Under the pieces are notes generated by a model. It was not told the DNA's origin. It was given only the letters and a program-made list of their open reading frames with translations, and ran no database searches. 64,000 nucleotides of DNA from Bilabrum cf. latius (taxonomy: Eukaryota): positions 992,001 through 1,056,000 of the forward strand of contig OZ237749.1 in assembly GCA_965178125.1 (NCBI GenBank), given 5' to 3'. The translations under genes were made by a program, and so were the position numbers. Shown piece after piece: positions 23,867-36,916 of this stretch. Every line of letters begins with the position of its first letter. Positions within the stretch are counted from its first letter, which is position 1.

Positions 23867-26800
23867 TCACTTGTCCACGTCAATCCCGTCTTCGTACCCA
23901 GCAGCAGCAGCCACCGGAGTCGGCATCTCCCCGCCAGGACTGCTCTCATCGGCTGCATCGGCAGCTTCGGTGGAAAAGAGCACCTGGTCCTCGTATCCGG
24001 CTGCAGTATGCACAACACCCCCTTCACGGCGCCCGCCTTCAGGCCCTCCCCGCAGCTTTCCACCCGTGTATACGCCGCTGCCACCTGTCTTTGCCCCGGC
24101 CTCCGCCCCCGTGTACACCCCGCTGCTAGCATCGCGCACCCCGGCCCCTTTCTCCGCCCCAGTGTACACCCCAGCGCCGTCAGTGCTCACTACCCCGGCC
24201 GTGCCGGAGCCACTCGGCACACCGGCAGAAGAATCCGCCGACTACCCTGTGCTGCCGACGGTGGATGCACTCGTCACACCGTGTCCCACGCCGCCAGACA
24301 GGCCGGGCCGCATGGTGATCACGATAGGATCAACAGGCGGAGAATCGCCCCCATCTCTCCCCGTCCCCGCCCCTTCGCCCAGTTCCCTCACGGGCGCGAA
24401 CTCCCCGCCTAGCCGAGAGTCGCCCCAGCCCTTTTGACTGCCAATGCCGCCGCTGGCGACTTGCTCCATACCGCCGCCTGCAGAGGACACTCCCGACTCC
24501 TCACGCATCATACCTCGCTGAAGCTGGCTTGCCCCACCCAGGTCGATTTGCTACGTCTGCCGCGGGGGCTTTCTGAGCAGGCTAACGGGGGCGCGCTGCT
24601 GCTGCCGCGATGTCTGCTGAACCTGCTGGAATGGCATCTGCTGCTGCTGCTGCTGCACCATCATGTTACCCCCCCACTCCTGCATCTGCAGCATGGCCAT
24701 CTCCTCCTCCGCCTGCTGCTCCTGCTTGGTCCCATCCTCGGGCCGCTCCACCCCCGCAAACTCGCCCCCCACCTCCTCCAGCGCCGCCTCTATCTCATTA
24801 AGCGCCTCCGCGGCAGTGGGTCGGTCCTCGGGCCTCCAGGAAACGCACCGGTACATAAGAGAGATCACCCGCTGGGGCACCCCTGCCGCTTTGGACACCT
24901 CCCCGAGGGCCTGCTGCGGGTCCTCTCTCAGCTCGCGGAAGAGGCGCTGGGCCAGCTTCTGCACGAAGGCCTTCCCGAAGCGGCCCTGCCCCCCTCCCCA
25001 TGGCCGGCTGCCGGTCAGCACCGGGAACATGGTCACACCAAACGAAAATATGTCCACGGCCGGGCTATTGCGGAAAGCCTTGAGGCGGCGTGCAGCGCCC
25101 CACAGCTCGGGGGGGCGGTACATGATTGTGCAGCAGAAGCCCCCCTCCAGCGACGTCTCCATACCGTGCTTGTGCCACAGCGCACCTCTCTTCTTCGCGA
25201 GGGCATTCAGCTCTTCCACGGCGAGGTTCCGCATGCAGAGCTTCGCGCGGCGCTCGTCCCTGCGGCTGCCCGGTCCCTCCCCTCTGTGGTATGGCTTCGG
25301 GCCCGCCCATCTCGGGAGCGTTGTTGACTTGGCGCCTTCACGCCTCAACGCGCGACCCACCGAGGACGCGTCGCTGTCTGTTCCGCTGTCTTCTCCATCC
25401 TCCTCGAAGCTACCCGCGTCATCGTCAGAGGTGACCATGCCGTCCTCGAGATCGTTGCTCGAGTATCCGTCCTCAGAGCTGCTCGAGCTGCCACCCCCGT
25501 CCTCGTCATCACCGTCATCGTGACCCCTGCTGCTCGAGGAATCGTACGTGTCCCCGCTGCCCCGCCGTGGCCTGACCGCGCCCACGAGCCCGGCCCCGCC
25601 CGCCCTCCTCTGCCTCCGCCGTTCCTCTCTGCCCAGCCGTCTCTCCAGGCGCACCAAGCTCTGCCACAGGTCTGCCTTCGAGTCGACCAGCTTGGCCAGC
25701 CCGTAGTCAGACACGACCGCCCTGGCTGTGGCGATGCTGTCCGTGCTCAGCAGCACGTTGTCCGGCTTGAGGTCACGATGCACCAGAGCAAAGGGGCGGC
25801 CTGGTTGGGGCGAGTGCAGGTGCTTGAGCGCGCTGCATATGTCTCGCAGTGCAGCAAGCCGGCGCGAGATGGGCACCGTGGCCAGATACCTGGAGACCCT
25901 GACGCTGCGCTTGAGCCTGCGCCTGCGCTCCACCAGCTCTGCCCTCTGCTCCGGAGTCAGCTCTGCCAGGGCCTCCTCGCCCAGCGGATTGCCGTCGTCG
26001 TCCACGAGGAGGTTCTCCTCTCCGTCCGAGTCATCCGAGGATTCATCGCTGTCGAGCAGCGCCGGCCCGCTGCTCAAGCCGCCCTCACCACCCCCCTCGT
26101 CATCCGAGTCGTCCTCTTCGCTCTCGACGTCGTCCGCGTCACCCAGTCGAATGGGAGCAGCACTCTCTTCCCGCGTGTCTGGCTCTGCCTTGCCCCCCGT
26201 CTCGCCTGCTCGTGAGGCGGCCCCCGAGCCGCTCGAAGCACCAGCTGCCTCGGCAAGCTGTGGCAGCGGTGCCAGCCGCTTCCCTGGCGGCGCCTGCTCG
26301 TCGATGACGAACACCTCACCGTCTGCATCGGTGGTCTTGAAGAAGCCCTTGGGGTGAAGCACTCGGTCGAGGCCACCGCCCGGGCAGTACTCGAGCAGCA
26401 TGGCGTAGGCCAGAGGGAACCCGTTGGCGGATTTGCCACCGGGCTGAGCCACGATGCCCAGCAGTTTGGCTACGCAGGGGTGCCCCACAGAGGACGCAAG
26501 TGTCATGATGCGGGCCTCCCGCATGAGCGTCTCCTCCTCCTTCCCACGCACCTTGCGCTCATGCAGCACCTTGATGGCCAAGCCGCCAGGCACGTCCAGC
26601 CCCCGGCAGTGCCCTAGGAACACGCCGCCGAAGCCCCCCTCGCCGATGCAGTGCGACTTATAGATGGTCACGGCCGACGGACTGACCTTGCGAGGCTGCG
26701 CAGCCAGCGCCAGCTATCGCCGCATCTCTGATCTCGTCTGCCGCCGCTCCGGGCCGCGCATGTCGTGCAGGGTTCCTTCTCGGGTCACTCCCGGCGGGAA

Positions 26801-29800
26801 TGAGATGCCGCTACCGTTCTTGGCCTGGTTTCCGTCTGCACTGTCCTCATCGCTTGACCTGAGCTCCTCTTCGTTAGTTCCATCCATAGAGACCGCATCA
26901 TCATCATCTTCGCCCATCCCATCGTCATCATCGTCCTCATCTCCCTCCAGTTCCTCCGCTTCAACGTCCCGCTCCTTCGGCTTGACACTGCCTGCAGAGC
27001 CGGCACCCGCCGGGAGATCGCCGGACAGTGCTGGCTGATCAGTTGATCGTCGCACGGCGGCTGCTCGAAACTCGAACTCAGATTCGTCCTCTTTCTGGCT
27101 ATCACTCGATGAGTTGTCTTCGTCGTCGTCCAGCTCATCGCCAGCCTTATCAGTCGACGGAGCCGCCGAAGCTCGGGGGGCAGGCTAAGACGCGTTACTG
27201 GGTCCAAGTCCCAAGAGAGCAGTGGCACCCCGCATGAGCGATCTCAGGAAGCCACCACCGCCTGCAGTAGTGCCCGCTTTCTTGCTGAAGCTCATGCTCG
27301 ATGACTGCAGCGACTCTGTTTCGTCCGACAATGGCACCATGCGGTCCGACCTGTTCATCGCGACCTGCATGGACTCCTCGGCCTGCCTGCGCCTGGCCTC
27401 GGCAGCCTCAGCTGCTTCCCTGGCCTTGGTCGCCCTACTACGTGCAGCTGCCTCGCGGCCCAGTTCCCTATCCTTACTGAGCTACAGCGCCTGCCTCTCC
27501 TCTTGCGCCCTCTCCCTCTCTTCTTGCGCTCTCTCCCTCTCCTCTTTGACAGTCTGCTTCCTCTGCGAGGCCGCCCTTCTTGCCCCTTCCTTTCGGACCA
27601 TAGTCTTGTCATCATCTACATCTGCCCGGCTCGTACGAAATGACATTGACACCGCATGCATTCGTTGCCGGGACACCCCAGCAGCACCTCCCACAGGTTC
27701 CCTCCCGCGCCCTGCCCTCATCCCACCCCTGCCTGATTTCTTCGAAGCCGGCTTGTTCACCGGAGCCGATTGCTGCTTCTTCATCGAAGCGGCACTAAGC
27801 GGTCCCGGTGGTGCCTCGTCCTTCGGCCTAAGCGACGTCGACCTCTTTGCCCTGAACCGCATTTGGCCTGCTTGCTTGAGGAACTCCTCTTGCACCGACA
27901 ACTTAGGCGCTGCCCTCGACGATGGAAGCGGCGGCGATGAACCGCTCGTGGTTGCAGTGCCACGATGCCGTGCATCGGCAGGTGCAGGGGCCCCCGGTGC
28001 CGCCCATGCCTTGGCACGAGCACGGCCCCTCCTGCCGCTCAGCGGAGGGGACTCTGTGTCCACCCGCATAAAAGGAGCCGTGTCCACATCCTCGTCGGAT
28101 GCCAAAGCGCCCCATAGGTCGTCCTTGGGATGTCGCTTGAATCTTGCAAGTCCATCAATTCTATCGTCAAGATCGTCACCGTCGCCGTCGTCGTTTTCAT
28201 CTACCCCTTCTTGCTCGACCCCCTACATCGGTGGCTTGTCTGGGTCACCTCGCAAATGAAGGATTAGTTGCAGCGTGGTGTCTTGCTGTATGTTGTAGTC
28301 TGCCAACGTGCGGCCGTCTTCTAACTGCTTTCCGACGAAAATCAGGCGTTGCTGATCCGGCGGAATGCCCTCTTTGTCCTAGATCTGCTGCTTCAACTCC
28401 AGCACCGTGGCACCTGACTCCGTACCCAGCGTCAGTGTCTTACCAGTCAAAGTCTTCACGAAGAGTTGCATGCCACCCCCGATCGGGGCGAGTCCTCGTG
28501 TCATATCCCCCTTCGCCTCTTCTGACGCACTTGAAGTCCGCCTCGCGCTGATCTTCCCAGTCATCTTGCTCGACTTAGCTTTGCGCTTGGAAATGCGCTT
28601 GGATTCCCGCCTGTTCTTTCGGTCGACTGAGGAAGCAAGGGAGCCATACGAGCCAGCACGGCCGGTGGCCGCAGCGTCTAATGATGATGGTCCTGCACGG
28701 GACCCGTAGCCAGCACTACCGGCCAGTGAGTCTTCCATAGCGCCAGCTGGCATTGCGTAGCCGTCATACCCAGGGACATCCCCAGCGCTGGCACTTGAAG
28801 GCACGCCCCCGCTCGTTCCTGATAGCCCAAAGGCACTGGAAGAGTACGTCGCCGTGGGCATCTCCTCCTCAACACCCGTCCCCACGCCCGCCCCGCTTAC
28901 TAGGCTGCGCAGGTGCTGCGCCTCGCTCTCTCCTCGCTCGTTCATGGCTCGCCTGCGCTCCTCCTCCACGACCTCGTCCAGCCGAGCATCCACGTACAGA
29001 TCCATCTTGTCCGCCTCTGTGGCTGCCTCATGGAATTGATCCGCGAACTGCAGCGCAAATTTGGCGTACAGCGAGTCCTCGGGGGCAGGGCACACCGTGA
29101 CGTGCACGACGGCCACGCCGTTCTCTGCGAAAGCGCTTGATGCCAAGCTGGTGATGCCGCTAGTGGCCTTCTTGCTCCGATCCGAGGGAGTCTCGCCGTC
29201 GTGCACCTTCTGCCGGATGCGTGCCAGGCCCTGCACCGCCTGCGCATGCACCTTGGCCATGTTGCGCACCTCGAGAGGGGCCACTCCGTGTGGTGCTGGC
29301 GCCGACCCCATCTAGAAGAGCCTCAGGTGCTTCACGACTGGCTTGGCACTCGGTGCGGAGGCACCTGCTGAATCTAGGAGAAAGCCTTGCGTGACCACCT
29401 TGATGTCCACGACAACATCCGAGGGGGCGAGTCGCACCAGCGGCATCTTCTGGTCTTCGTGGCTGTACCGAGACATGAGTCGCTGTGACATGGCGCCTTG
29501 CACCCGAGATACGGCTTCCTGCAGAGTCTCCCGCGTCACATCAACTCCGACACTGTACTTCTATGCGATGCCGAGCTTCTTGGCTGGCTTCCCCGGAGCT
29601 CGCACGACGCTGTCCTCGGTCCAGTCCCGAGGGAAGAACTCATGCACGACCGGCGCCGACCCACCCCCGCCCCCTTGCTTTGCGTGACCGCCTCCGCCCT
29701 TCTTGCTCTTCACCGCCTTCCTCATTGGCGCCTTCTTGGTCGGAATCTTCGTCGCGCTCTTGCCAGCAGGGCCAGGCGAGCTGTCCCCACCATGCGCTGC

Positions 29801-32800
29801 ATCCCGCCCGCAATCCCCAGAAGCACCGTCCTACACCCCGGCACCAGGCGTTGCAGCTCCCCCCGCCAGGTCGCTCGAGAACGCCACCGCCGGCCCTCGG
29901 CGCTTCTCGTGCGCCTTCACCAGGTCACGTACGACGGTGCCCGCCATCTCCATCACCTTGACCTGCAGGGCAAACGCAGGCTCCACACTCGCACCGGTGG
30001 AATCGCGCGCGGCCGATGCGGTGGCCCGTCCGGCCTCCAGTTGTCCCAGCAGCGACTCGAGCAAATGCTCCAGGAGCGGCTTGTCAAGGCCCTCCAGGGA
30101 CTCTCCGGAGGGCTGCCCACCCGCAGCAGTGGCAGCAGCAGCTGCAGCTTGCATGGCCTCCCTGGCATCCCTCCTGGTAGAATCCAGCCGCTGCAAGCAT
30201 CCCCCGTGAGGCGCCGCTCCCCGCCCGAACACCACTGGGACAGCATCGCCCCTGGAGGGCCCCCCCACCAGGATGCCCGCATCTCTCCCCTCCTACACCA
30301 CAGCGCTCGCCAGCGCACTGCTGACGTCAGCATCACGAGAAGGAAGTCCAGGCACCGACAGCACAGCGTGGGAGCTGTACTCGCGCACATCGGTGTCTTT
30401 GGGCAGCACCACGCTGCTGGAGCCCAGGGGGGTCCACAGGATCCCCGTGCCCGCGCCCTCGGGACCGCTCTTGCTCTCCCGCTCCGCCTGTGCCTTGGCC
30501 TCGTCCTCGGCTATCGCCCGAGAGTGCTCAGTGATGGCTTCGGGCAGCACGAGGTCGTCAGCAATCAGGCGATGGGAGCGAGTGCCGTCAGCCTGCGAAA
30601 TCAACGAGCCTGCCACGCTGATTGCCCCCGATCGCTTTGAGATCCGGACCAGCTCGTGCACCAGGCGCTGGTGGCCGATGCATGCGTCCACGCGGCCTAG
30701 CACCACGTACTCCGCGCTAACCTCCTGCTCTCTCTCCCCTGCGCTGCCGCTGCCGCTGGCGCCCGTGCTGGCAGCCCGGAGGCTCCCACTGACGAGAGAC
30801 ACGCCGCGACTGCTAGCGGTTGCAGGCTGAGACGGAGCACTAGGCCCTGCCCCAACCGCTGGCGGCTTGAACAGCACGACCTGCCCCACATGGACAGGCT
30901 TGCGGGCCGATGCGGTCCCAGTGCCTGCTCCCGAGGCCGCCGCAGACCCTGATCCAGATTCCGATGCTCCCTAAAGACTCCCGCCCGAGCCCGCGCGCAT
31001 CGCCCCCATCTCCATCTCTGCCGCTCGCGCCAGCATCTTGCCCACCGTTGCGCCTGCCTTCGACATTCTCTGCAGCACATCCAGCGCCTTGTATGTGTGC
31101 GCCCCAAGCGTGGCGATCTGAGCACGGGCACCCACCCGTGCCTCCTCCCCGCCAGCCCGCTGTTCCTCCACGAGTCTGCCAGCAGCCTCGGCTGCCTTGG
31201 TCGCGTGCCTGGCCACCTACAGCAGCATGCCCAGCGCGGGCACCATGGAGCGAGCCGACTCGATCTCCTTGCGTGACACGCGCAGCCCTGCTAGCTTGCT
31301 ATCAGAATCGGCCGGAGACTTGAGTGCGTGGGTCAGGCACTGCACCGCTAGAGTATCCGACGTGGCTCGCAGGGACTCGCCGAGGCACAGCGTCGCACAG
31401 TGCCAAATGTGCCTCTCGGCTTCGGATGGTACTAGTAGGCCGCTTGCGTCCTAGCCGTCGGGCGACTCTCCCGGCGCAGCAGCCGTAGCAGCAGAAGGAA
31501 TTGCGCCTTGTGCTTTGGAATGGGCTTCAGGTTCATGATCAATGGCCTTCCTGGCGGCCTGCGCAGCCACCTGCAGCTCCCGCAGCGCCCCGCCCGAGTC
31601 CGAGTCCACCTCCTCGCCTTCAAGTTCATCCTAGCTCTCCAGCTCGACTCTGGCCCTACCGCGTCCCTTCTTCTTCTTCGTCTTGTCAATCGTTCTGGGT
31701 CTCCCCTTTGTTTTCTTTGCCACGGAGAAGGCAGCACCCTTCTTTCTCAGCTTTCCCTTAGACGGCCGAGTGCCCCCCCTGGTCACCAGCTCGGGGGGTT
31801 TGGGGCACGCCACCACGGCCTCGACCAGCTTTAGTAGCAGCAGCAGCCCCTCCCCCCCCTTGCTCCCACGCAGCCTGTCTCCCTCGATGGACTGGGAGCC
31901 CCTCCTCTTCTCCAGCTGCCAGAGCGCCTCCATCCCTGACTGCATGCTGGAGGCCAGGGAGCGGCAGGCTGCCACTGCTGCCTTGCTGCCGGGAGCATCG
32001 CCAGGGCGTTCCAGCTCTGCGATGGAGCGGGCCCTGGCCTGGGTTGCGCCCTGCGCGCTCTGCAGACACTGAGTCAGCTTTCTCTGCGCCCCGAAGGGAG
32101 TCGACGGGTCGCTAGTAGCTGCGGCTCCCGCTCCTGGCCCTGCCGCTGCCCCTGCCGCTGCGAGTGAGCCAGACGAGGCCTTGGACGGGGCGCCGACCCT
32201 CCCGGTGACCTTTCCTGCCTTCATGCTTCGCAGTCCGTCATCCAGCGCGTCCTAAATACCGCCTCTGAATGCCTCGGGCAAAGCATAGTGCCTCACGCGA
32301 ATCCCTCCACTTGACGAGCTCACTGCTGCCCCGACAACCTCGAAATTCTGAATGCGGACCGCTGCCGGGGGGGCGCGAGCATCGATGCTACCATCCTCTT
32401 TATATCGTGGTACAACTTGCGGTTTTTCGCCGAGCATAGCAACTACACATGAGAGCTTACCCTTTCGGCTGCGATCCACCAGCATTGATTGGCTCTCCGC
32501 CCTGTCGGGCATTACAGTGCTGTCAGCCTTGATGCTGACTTCTATGCCATCTGGTATGCTGGATGCTTCCCTGCGCCGTGCCATTTGAGTGGCTAAATCG
32601 CGAATGCGAGCCATGTGCTTACGACAAAACCGTTCGAGTGTATCACAGTCCTAGTCGTAGTTCACCCGCAGGCGGTCAAGCAGACTGTTTATAGCGGGTT
32701 CTGGTAGATATCTTCGCTCGCCAGCATCTTGTACCTCGGCAGCCAAAACTATTTCGAGTTTGCGGTGGGGATGGCCACGAAAAGCGATCGGAAGCTCGGC

Positions 32801-32905
32801 AAGGGCGTTGATCACAGATGCTCTTGGGAGCGCCTCCCCTGGCTAATTGCCGCAGTACTGCGCCAAGTACCCTTTGAATCGGAGCGTGGCAGACGCAGCC
32901 TCCAT
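23867..32905 (-). CDS. Giant (~3,012 aa) protein with an internal ubiquitin domain and a C-terminal TKL-like protein kinase domain
   Basis: One continuous frame from ATG 32905 to TGA 23867, with ~18 TAG and no TAA/TGA. Kinase motifs (about 26670-24780): [46 protein letters not shown]. Confidence 0.82.
28244..28471 (-). other. Ubiquitin domain embedded in the giant kinase gene
   Basis: [75 protein letters not shown]. 76 codons; the TAG sits at ubiquitin Gln31. Confidence 0.95.
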
Positions 32906-33121
32906 TGAAAAATTCTTGCGGGCTGTTCTTGGAATCCTTTGTTTCTTCGTTTCATTCTTCTTCCTCAAAATTGGCGGACGGTTGCGACCGCTGGAGATCC
33001 GGGCTGGTCGGCAAACTGCAGGGATCCCCGCGCATAATCTTGGCAATCTGAGACACACGGCAGACGGCTGAATACCAGCCTGGCCAAAAATTCAAGACAA
33101 TAGTCGCATCGTGACGAGGCA

Positions 33122-36100
33122 TCACTGGGATGCCTCGGACTTGGACTCAGCTACTCCTTCCTCGGGCTGCTAGTCCTTGCGACTACCCAGGCGAACACCT
33201 GTCTGCCCAAAGTCTTCCAGCGCCTTGACGGAGGACCGAATGGCATCTAGCGCCGCTCCCATGGACTAGCTGTACAAGTCGGGACTGAAGGGAGCATCAG
33301 GCACTTGCTTCAGTCCGCCCCGCCCGTCCACTCCTCTCCCTGATCCACTGGCAGGAGACCCCGCCGGCTGGCTTCCTGCTCTCAGGCTGTTTCCCTGCGG
33401 AGTGCTCCATGCCTGTCCTTTCTATTGAGCAGCGCTCACCGAAGGTGGCGATGCATCGACAAGCCCGCCCCAGCCGCTGCCTCCCCTGCCACCAGTAGCG
33501 CTGGTACTGCTTCTACTAGCAGCACGTGGTGTGGTCGGCCTCACGATGCCCGATGACAGCACCTCCCTTCGGGCAGCCGTAGTGGGACTTCCATTCGATG
33601 CAGCACCCGAATACGAGGAGTCCCCCTTCCCCTCGTCAATGGCTGCCTTGTCTCCAACCTTGAACACTACCCTCCCACGCGGCGATGATACAATCATTGA
33701 GCCACCTTCATGGAAACGGGCGCAAAAGGCATCCCAATATTCGGATGTAGTATCACAGATATGCGGGTTCGGCTGCCACTTGGCCGGCTCCACTGCCTGC
33801 CTCGGCTCGATGGCGTGCTTCTTGAACGCCCGCTGCGACTCGCTCGTGCCGTCCAGCTTGTGCGGGTTCGGCTGCCACTTGGCCGGCTCCACTGCCTGCC
33901 TCGGCTCGATGGCGTGCTTCTTGAACGCCCGCTGCGACTCGCTCGTGCCGTCCAGCTTGTGCGGGTTCGGCTGCCACTTGGCCGGCTCCACTGCCTGCCT
34001 CGGCTCGATGGCGTGCTTCTTGAACGCCCGCTGCGACTCGCTCGTGCCGTCCAGCTTGTGCGGGTTCGGCTGCCACTTGGCCGGCTCCACTGCCTGCCTC
34101 GGCTCGATGGCGTGCTTCTTGAACGCCCGCTGCGACTCGCTCGTGCCGTCCAGCTTGTGCGGGTTCGGCTGCCACTTGGCCGGCTCCACTGCCTGCCTCG
34201 GCTCGATGGCGTGCTTCTTGAATGCCCGCTGCGACTCGCTCGTGCCGTCCAGCTTGTGCGGGTTCGGCTGCCACTTGGCCGGCTCCACTGCCTGCCTCGG
34301 CTCGATGGCGTGCTTCTTGAACGCCCGCTGCGACTCGCTCGTGCCGTCCAGCTTGTGCGGGTTCGGCTGCCACTTGGCCGGCTCCACTGCCTGCCTCGGC
34401 TCGATGGCGTGCTTCTTGAACGCCCGCTGCGACTCGCTCGTGCCGTCCAGCTTGTGCGGGTTCGGCTGCCACTTGGCCGGCTCCACTGCCTGCCTCGGCT
34501 CGATGGCGTGCTTCTTGAACGCCCGCTGCGACTCGCTCGTGCCGTCCAGCTTGTGCGGGTTCGGCTGCCACTTGGCCGGCTCCACTGCCTGCCTCGGCTC
34601 GATGGCGTGCTTCTTGAATGCCCGCTGCGACTCGCTCGTGCCGTCCAGCTTGTGCGGGTTCGGCTGCCACTTGGCCGGCTCCACTGCCTGCCTCGGCTCG
34701 ATGGCGTGCTTCTTGAACGCCCGCTGCGACTCGCTCGTGCCGTCCAGCTTGTGCGGGTTCGGCTGCCACTTGGCCGGCTCCACTGCCTGCCTCGGCTCGA
34801 TGGTGTGCTTCTTGAACGCCCGCTGCGACTCGCTCGTGCCGTCCAGCTTGTGCGGGTTCGGCTGCCACTTGGCCGGCTCCACTGCCTGCCTCGGCTCGAT
34901 GGCGTGCTTCTTGAACGCCCGCTGCGACTCGCTCGTGCCGTCCAGCTTGTGCGGGTTCGGCTGCCACTTGGCCGGCTCCACTGCCTGCCTCGGCTCGATG
35001 GCGTGCTTCTTGAACGCCCGCTGCGACTCGCTCGTGCCGTCCAGCTTGTGCGGGTTCGGCTGCCACTTGGCCGGCTCCACTGCCTGCCTCGGCTCGATGG
35101 CGTGCTTCTTGAACGCCCGCTGCGACTCGCTCGTGCCGTCCAGCTTGTGAGGGCTCGGCTGCCACTTGGCCGGCTCCACTGCCTGCCTCGGCTCGATGGC
35201 GTGCTTCTTGAATGCCCGCTGCGACTCGCTCGTGCCGTCCAGCTTGTGCGGGTTCGGCTGCCACTTGGCCGGCTCCACTGCCTGCCTCGGCTCGATGGCG
35301 TGCTTCTTGAATGCCCGCTGCGACTCGCTCGTGCCGTCCAGCTTGTGCGGGTTCGGCTGCCACTTGGCCGGCTCCACTGCCTGCCTCGGCTCGATGGCGT
35401 GCTTCTTGAATGCCCGCTGCGACTCGCTCGTGCCGTCCAGCTTGTGCGGGTTCGGCTGCCACTTGGCCGGCTCCACTGCCTGCCTCGGCTCGATGGCGTG
35501 CTTCTTGAACGCCCGCTGCGACTCGCTCGTGCCGTCCAGCTTGTGCGGGTTCGGCTGCCACTTGGCCGGCTCCACTGCCTGCCTCGGCTCGATGGCGTGC
35601 TTCTTGAACGCCCGCTGCGACTCGCTCGTGCCGTCCAGCTTGTGCGGGTTCGGCTGCCACTTGGCCGGCTCCACTGCCTGCCTCGGCTCGATGGCGTGCT
35701 TCTTGAACGCCCGCTGCGACTCGCTCGTGCCGTCCAGCTTGTGCGGGCTCGGCTGCCACTTGGCCGGCTCCACTGCCTGCCTCGGCTCGATGGCGTGCTT
35801 CTTGAATGCCCGCTGCGACTCGCTCGTGCCGTCCAGCTTGTGCGGGTTCGGCTGCCACTTGGCCGGCTCCACTGCCTGCCTCGGCTCGATGGCGTGCTTC
35901 TTGAACGCCCGCTGCGACTCGCTCGTGCCGTCCAGCTTGTGCGGGTTCGGCTGCCACTTGGCCGGCTCCACTGCCTGCCTCGGCTCGATGGCGTGCTTCT
36001 TGAACGCCCGCTGCGACTCGCTCGTGCCGTCCAGCTTGTGCGGGTTCGGCTGCCACTTGGCCGGCTCCACTGCCTGCCTCGGCTCGATGGCGTGCTTCTT

Positions 36101-36490
36101 GAACGCCCGCTGCGACTCGCTCGTGCCGTCCAGCTTGTGCGGGTTCGGCTGCCACTTGGCCGGCTCCACTGCCTGCCTCGGCTCGATGGTGTGCTTCTTG
36201 AACGCCCGCTGCGACTCGCTCGTGCCGTCCAGCTTGTGCGGGTTCGGCTGCCACTTGGCCGGCTCCACTGCCTGCCTCGGCTCGATGGCGTGCTTCTTGA
36301 ACGCCCGCTGCGACTCGCTCGTGCCGTCCAGCTTGTGCGGATTGGGAGACCATTGTGTTTGCACCGATGTTTCTCGTTTTGGGAGAGGTTTTGATGTATA
36401 CTCCACCCTATACTCAGTATCTGACTATAGCTTGGATCGTCGAGACAGCGCAATAGCTTTGGCGATCATCTCGGCTCGCTATGACTCCAT
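33122..36490 (-). CDS. SAXO/FAM154 (STOP-like) microtubule-stabilising repeat protein (~1,122 aa)
   Basis: ATG at 36490, a TEYRVEYT motif, then 33-aa repeats HKLDGTSESQRAFKKHAIEPRQAVEPAKWQPNP resembling SAXO Mn modules. A last degenerate unit reads DTTSEYWDAF. Reads through TAGs to TGA 33122-33124. Confidence 0.75.
33763..36340. repeat. Coding tandem repeat, 26 near-identical 99-bp units
   Basis: The unit starting gcgggttcggctgccacttggcc recurs at 33763, 33862, 33961 ... 36238. Only a few substitutions (aac/aat, ggc/ggt, ttc/ctc). Confidence 0.97.
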
Positions 36491-36916
36491 TGGCAAAACT
36501 GTGTATTTGAGTTTTCAAGACAAGCGAAAAGAAGTGATAATGTTATTGAATGCACCTATTAGGTTCAATTTTTAAGCGACGGTCGGTTCAGTTTCCTGCT
36601 ACTCGGAGCTTATAAAATCCGGTCGCACGAGGTCGCAGTGCTTCACGCAATTGAAGTGATACAAGAGATTACTTGAGCTAAAACTGTGGATTTAATCCTA
36701 AATACCCTTGATTTGCAGTGCTGAAGATTCGAAAAATGTGACTTTGTGCAGTAGAAGGTGCATGGTTAAGCCGAACAGCGTCGAGATACTGCGGAAGTGC
36801 TGCGCTGCCGCGGCTGGCCAACATAAATCTGGCCCAATGAATTCAGATCAACGGTAGCCAGTTCAAAATTCGCCCCGACTGCAGACAGTGAAATCAAGCG
36901 TGGGGTTCATATCCTC

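Noticed and set aside
28244-28471. Stand-alone ubiquitin or polyubiquitin gene
   Set aside because: It is a single unit ending LRGD, with the frame open on both sides for thousands of bases.
33763-36340. CRISPR array or non-coding satellite; long overlapping ORFs in five frames
   Set aside because: There are no unique spacers. The 99-bp unit is 33 codons in frame with unique flanking coding sequence, and the other frames are open only because the unit lacks stops.
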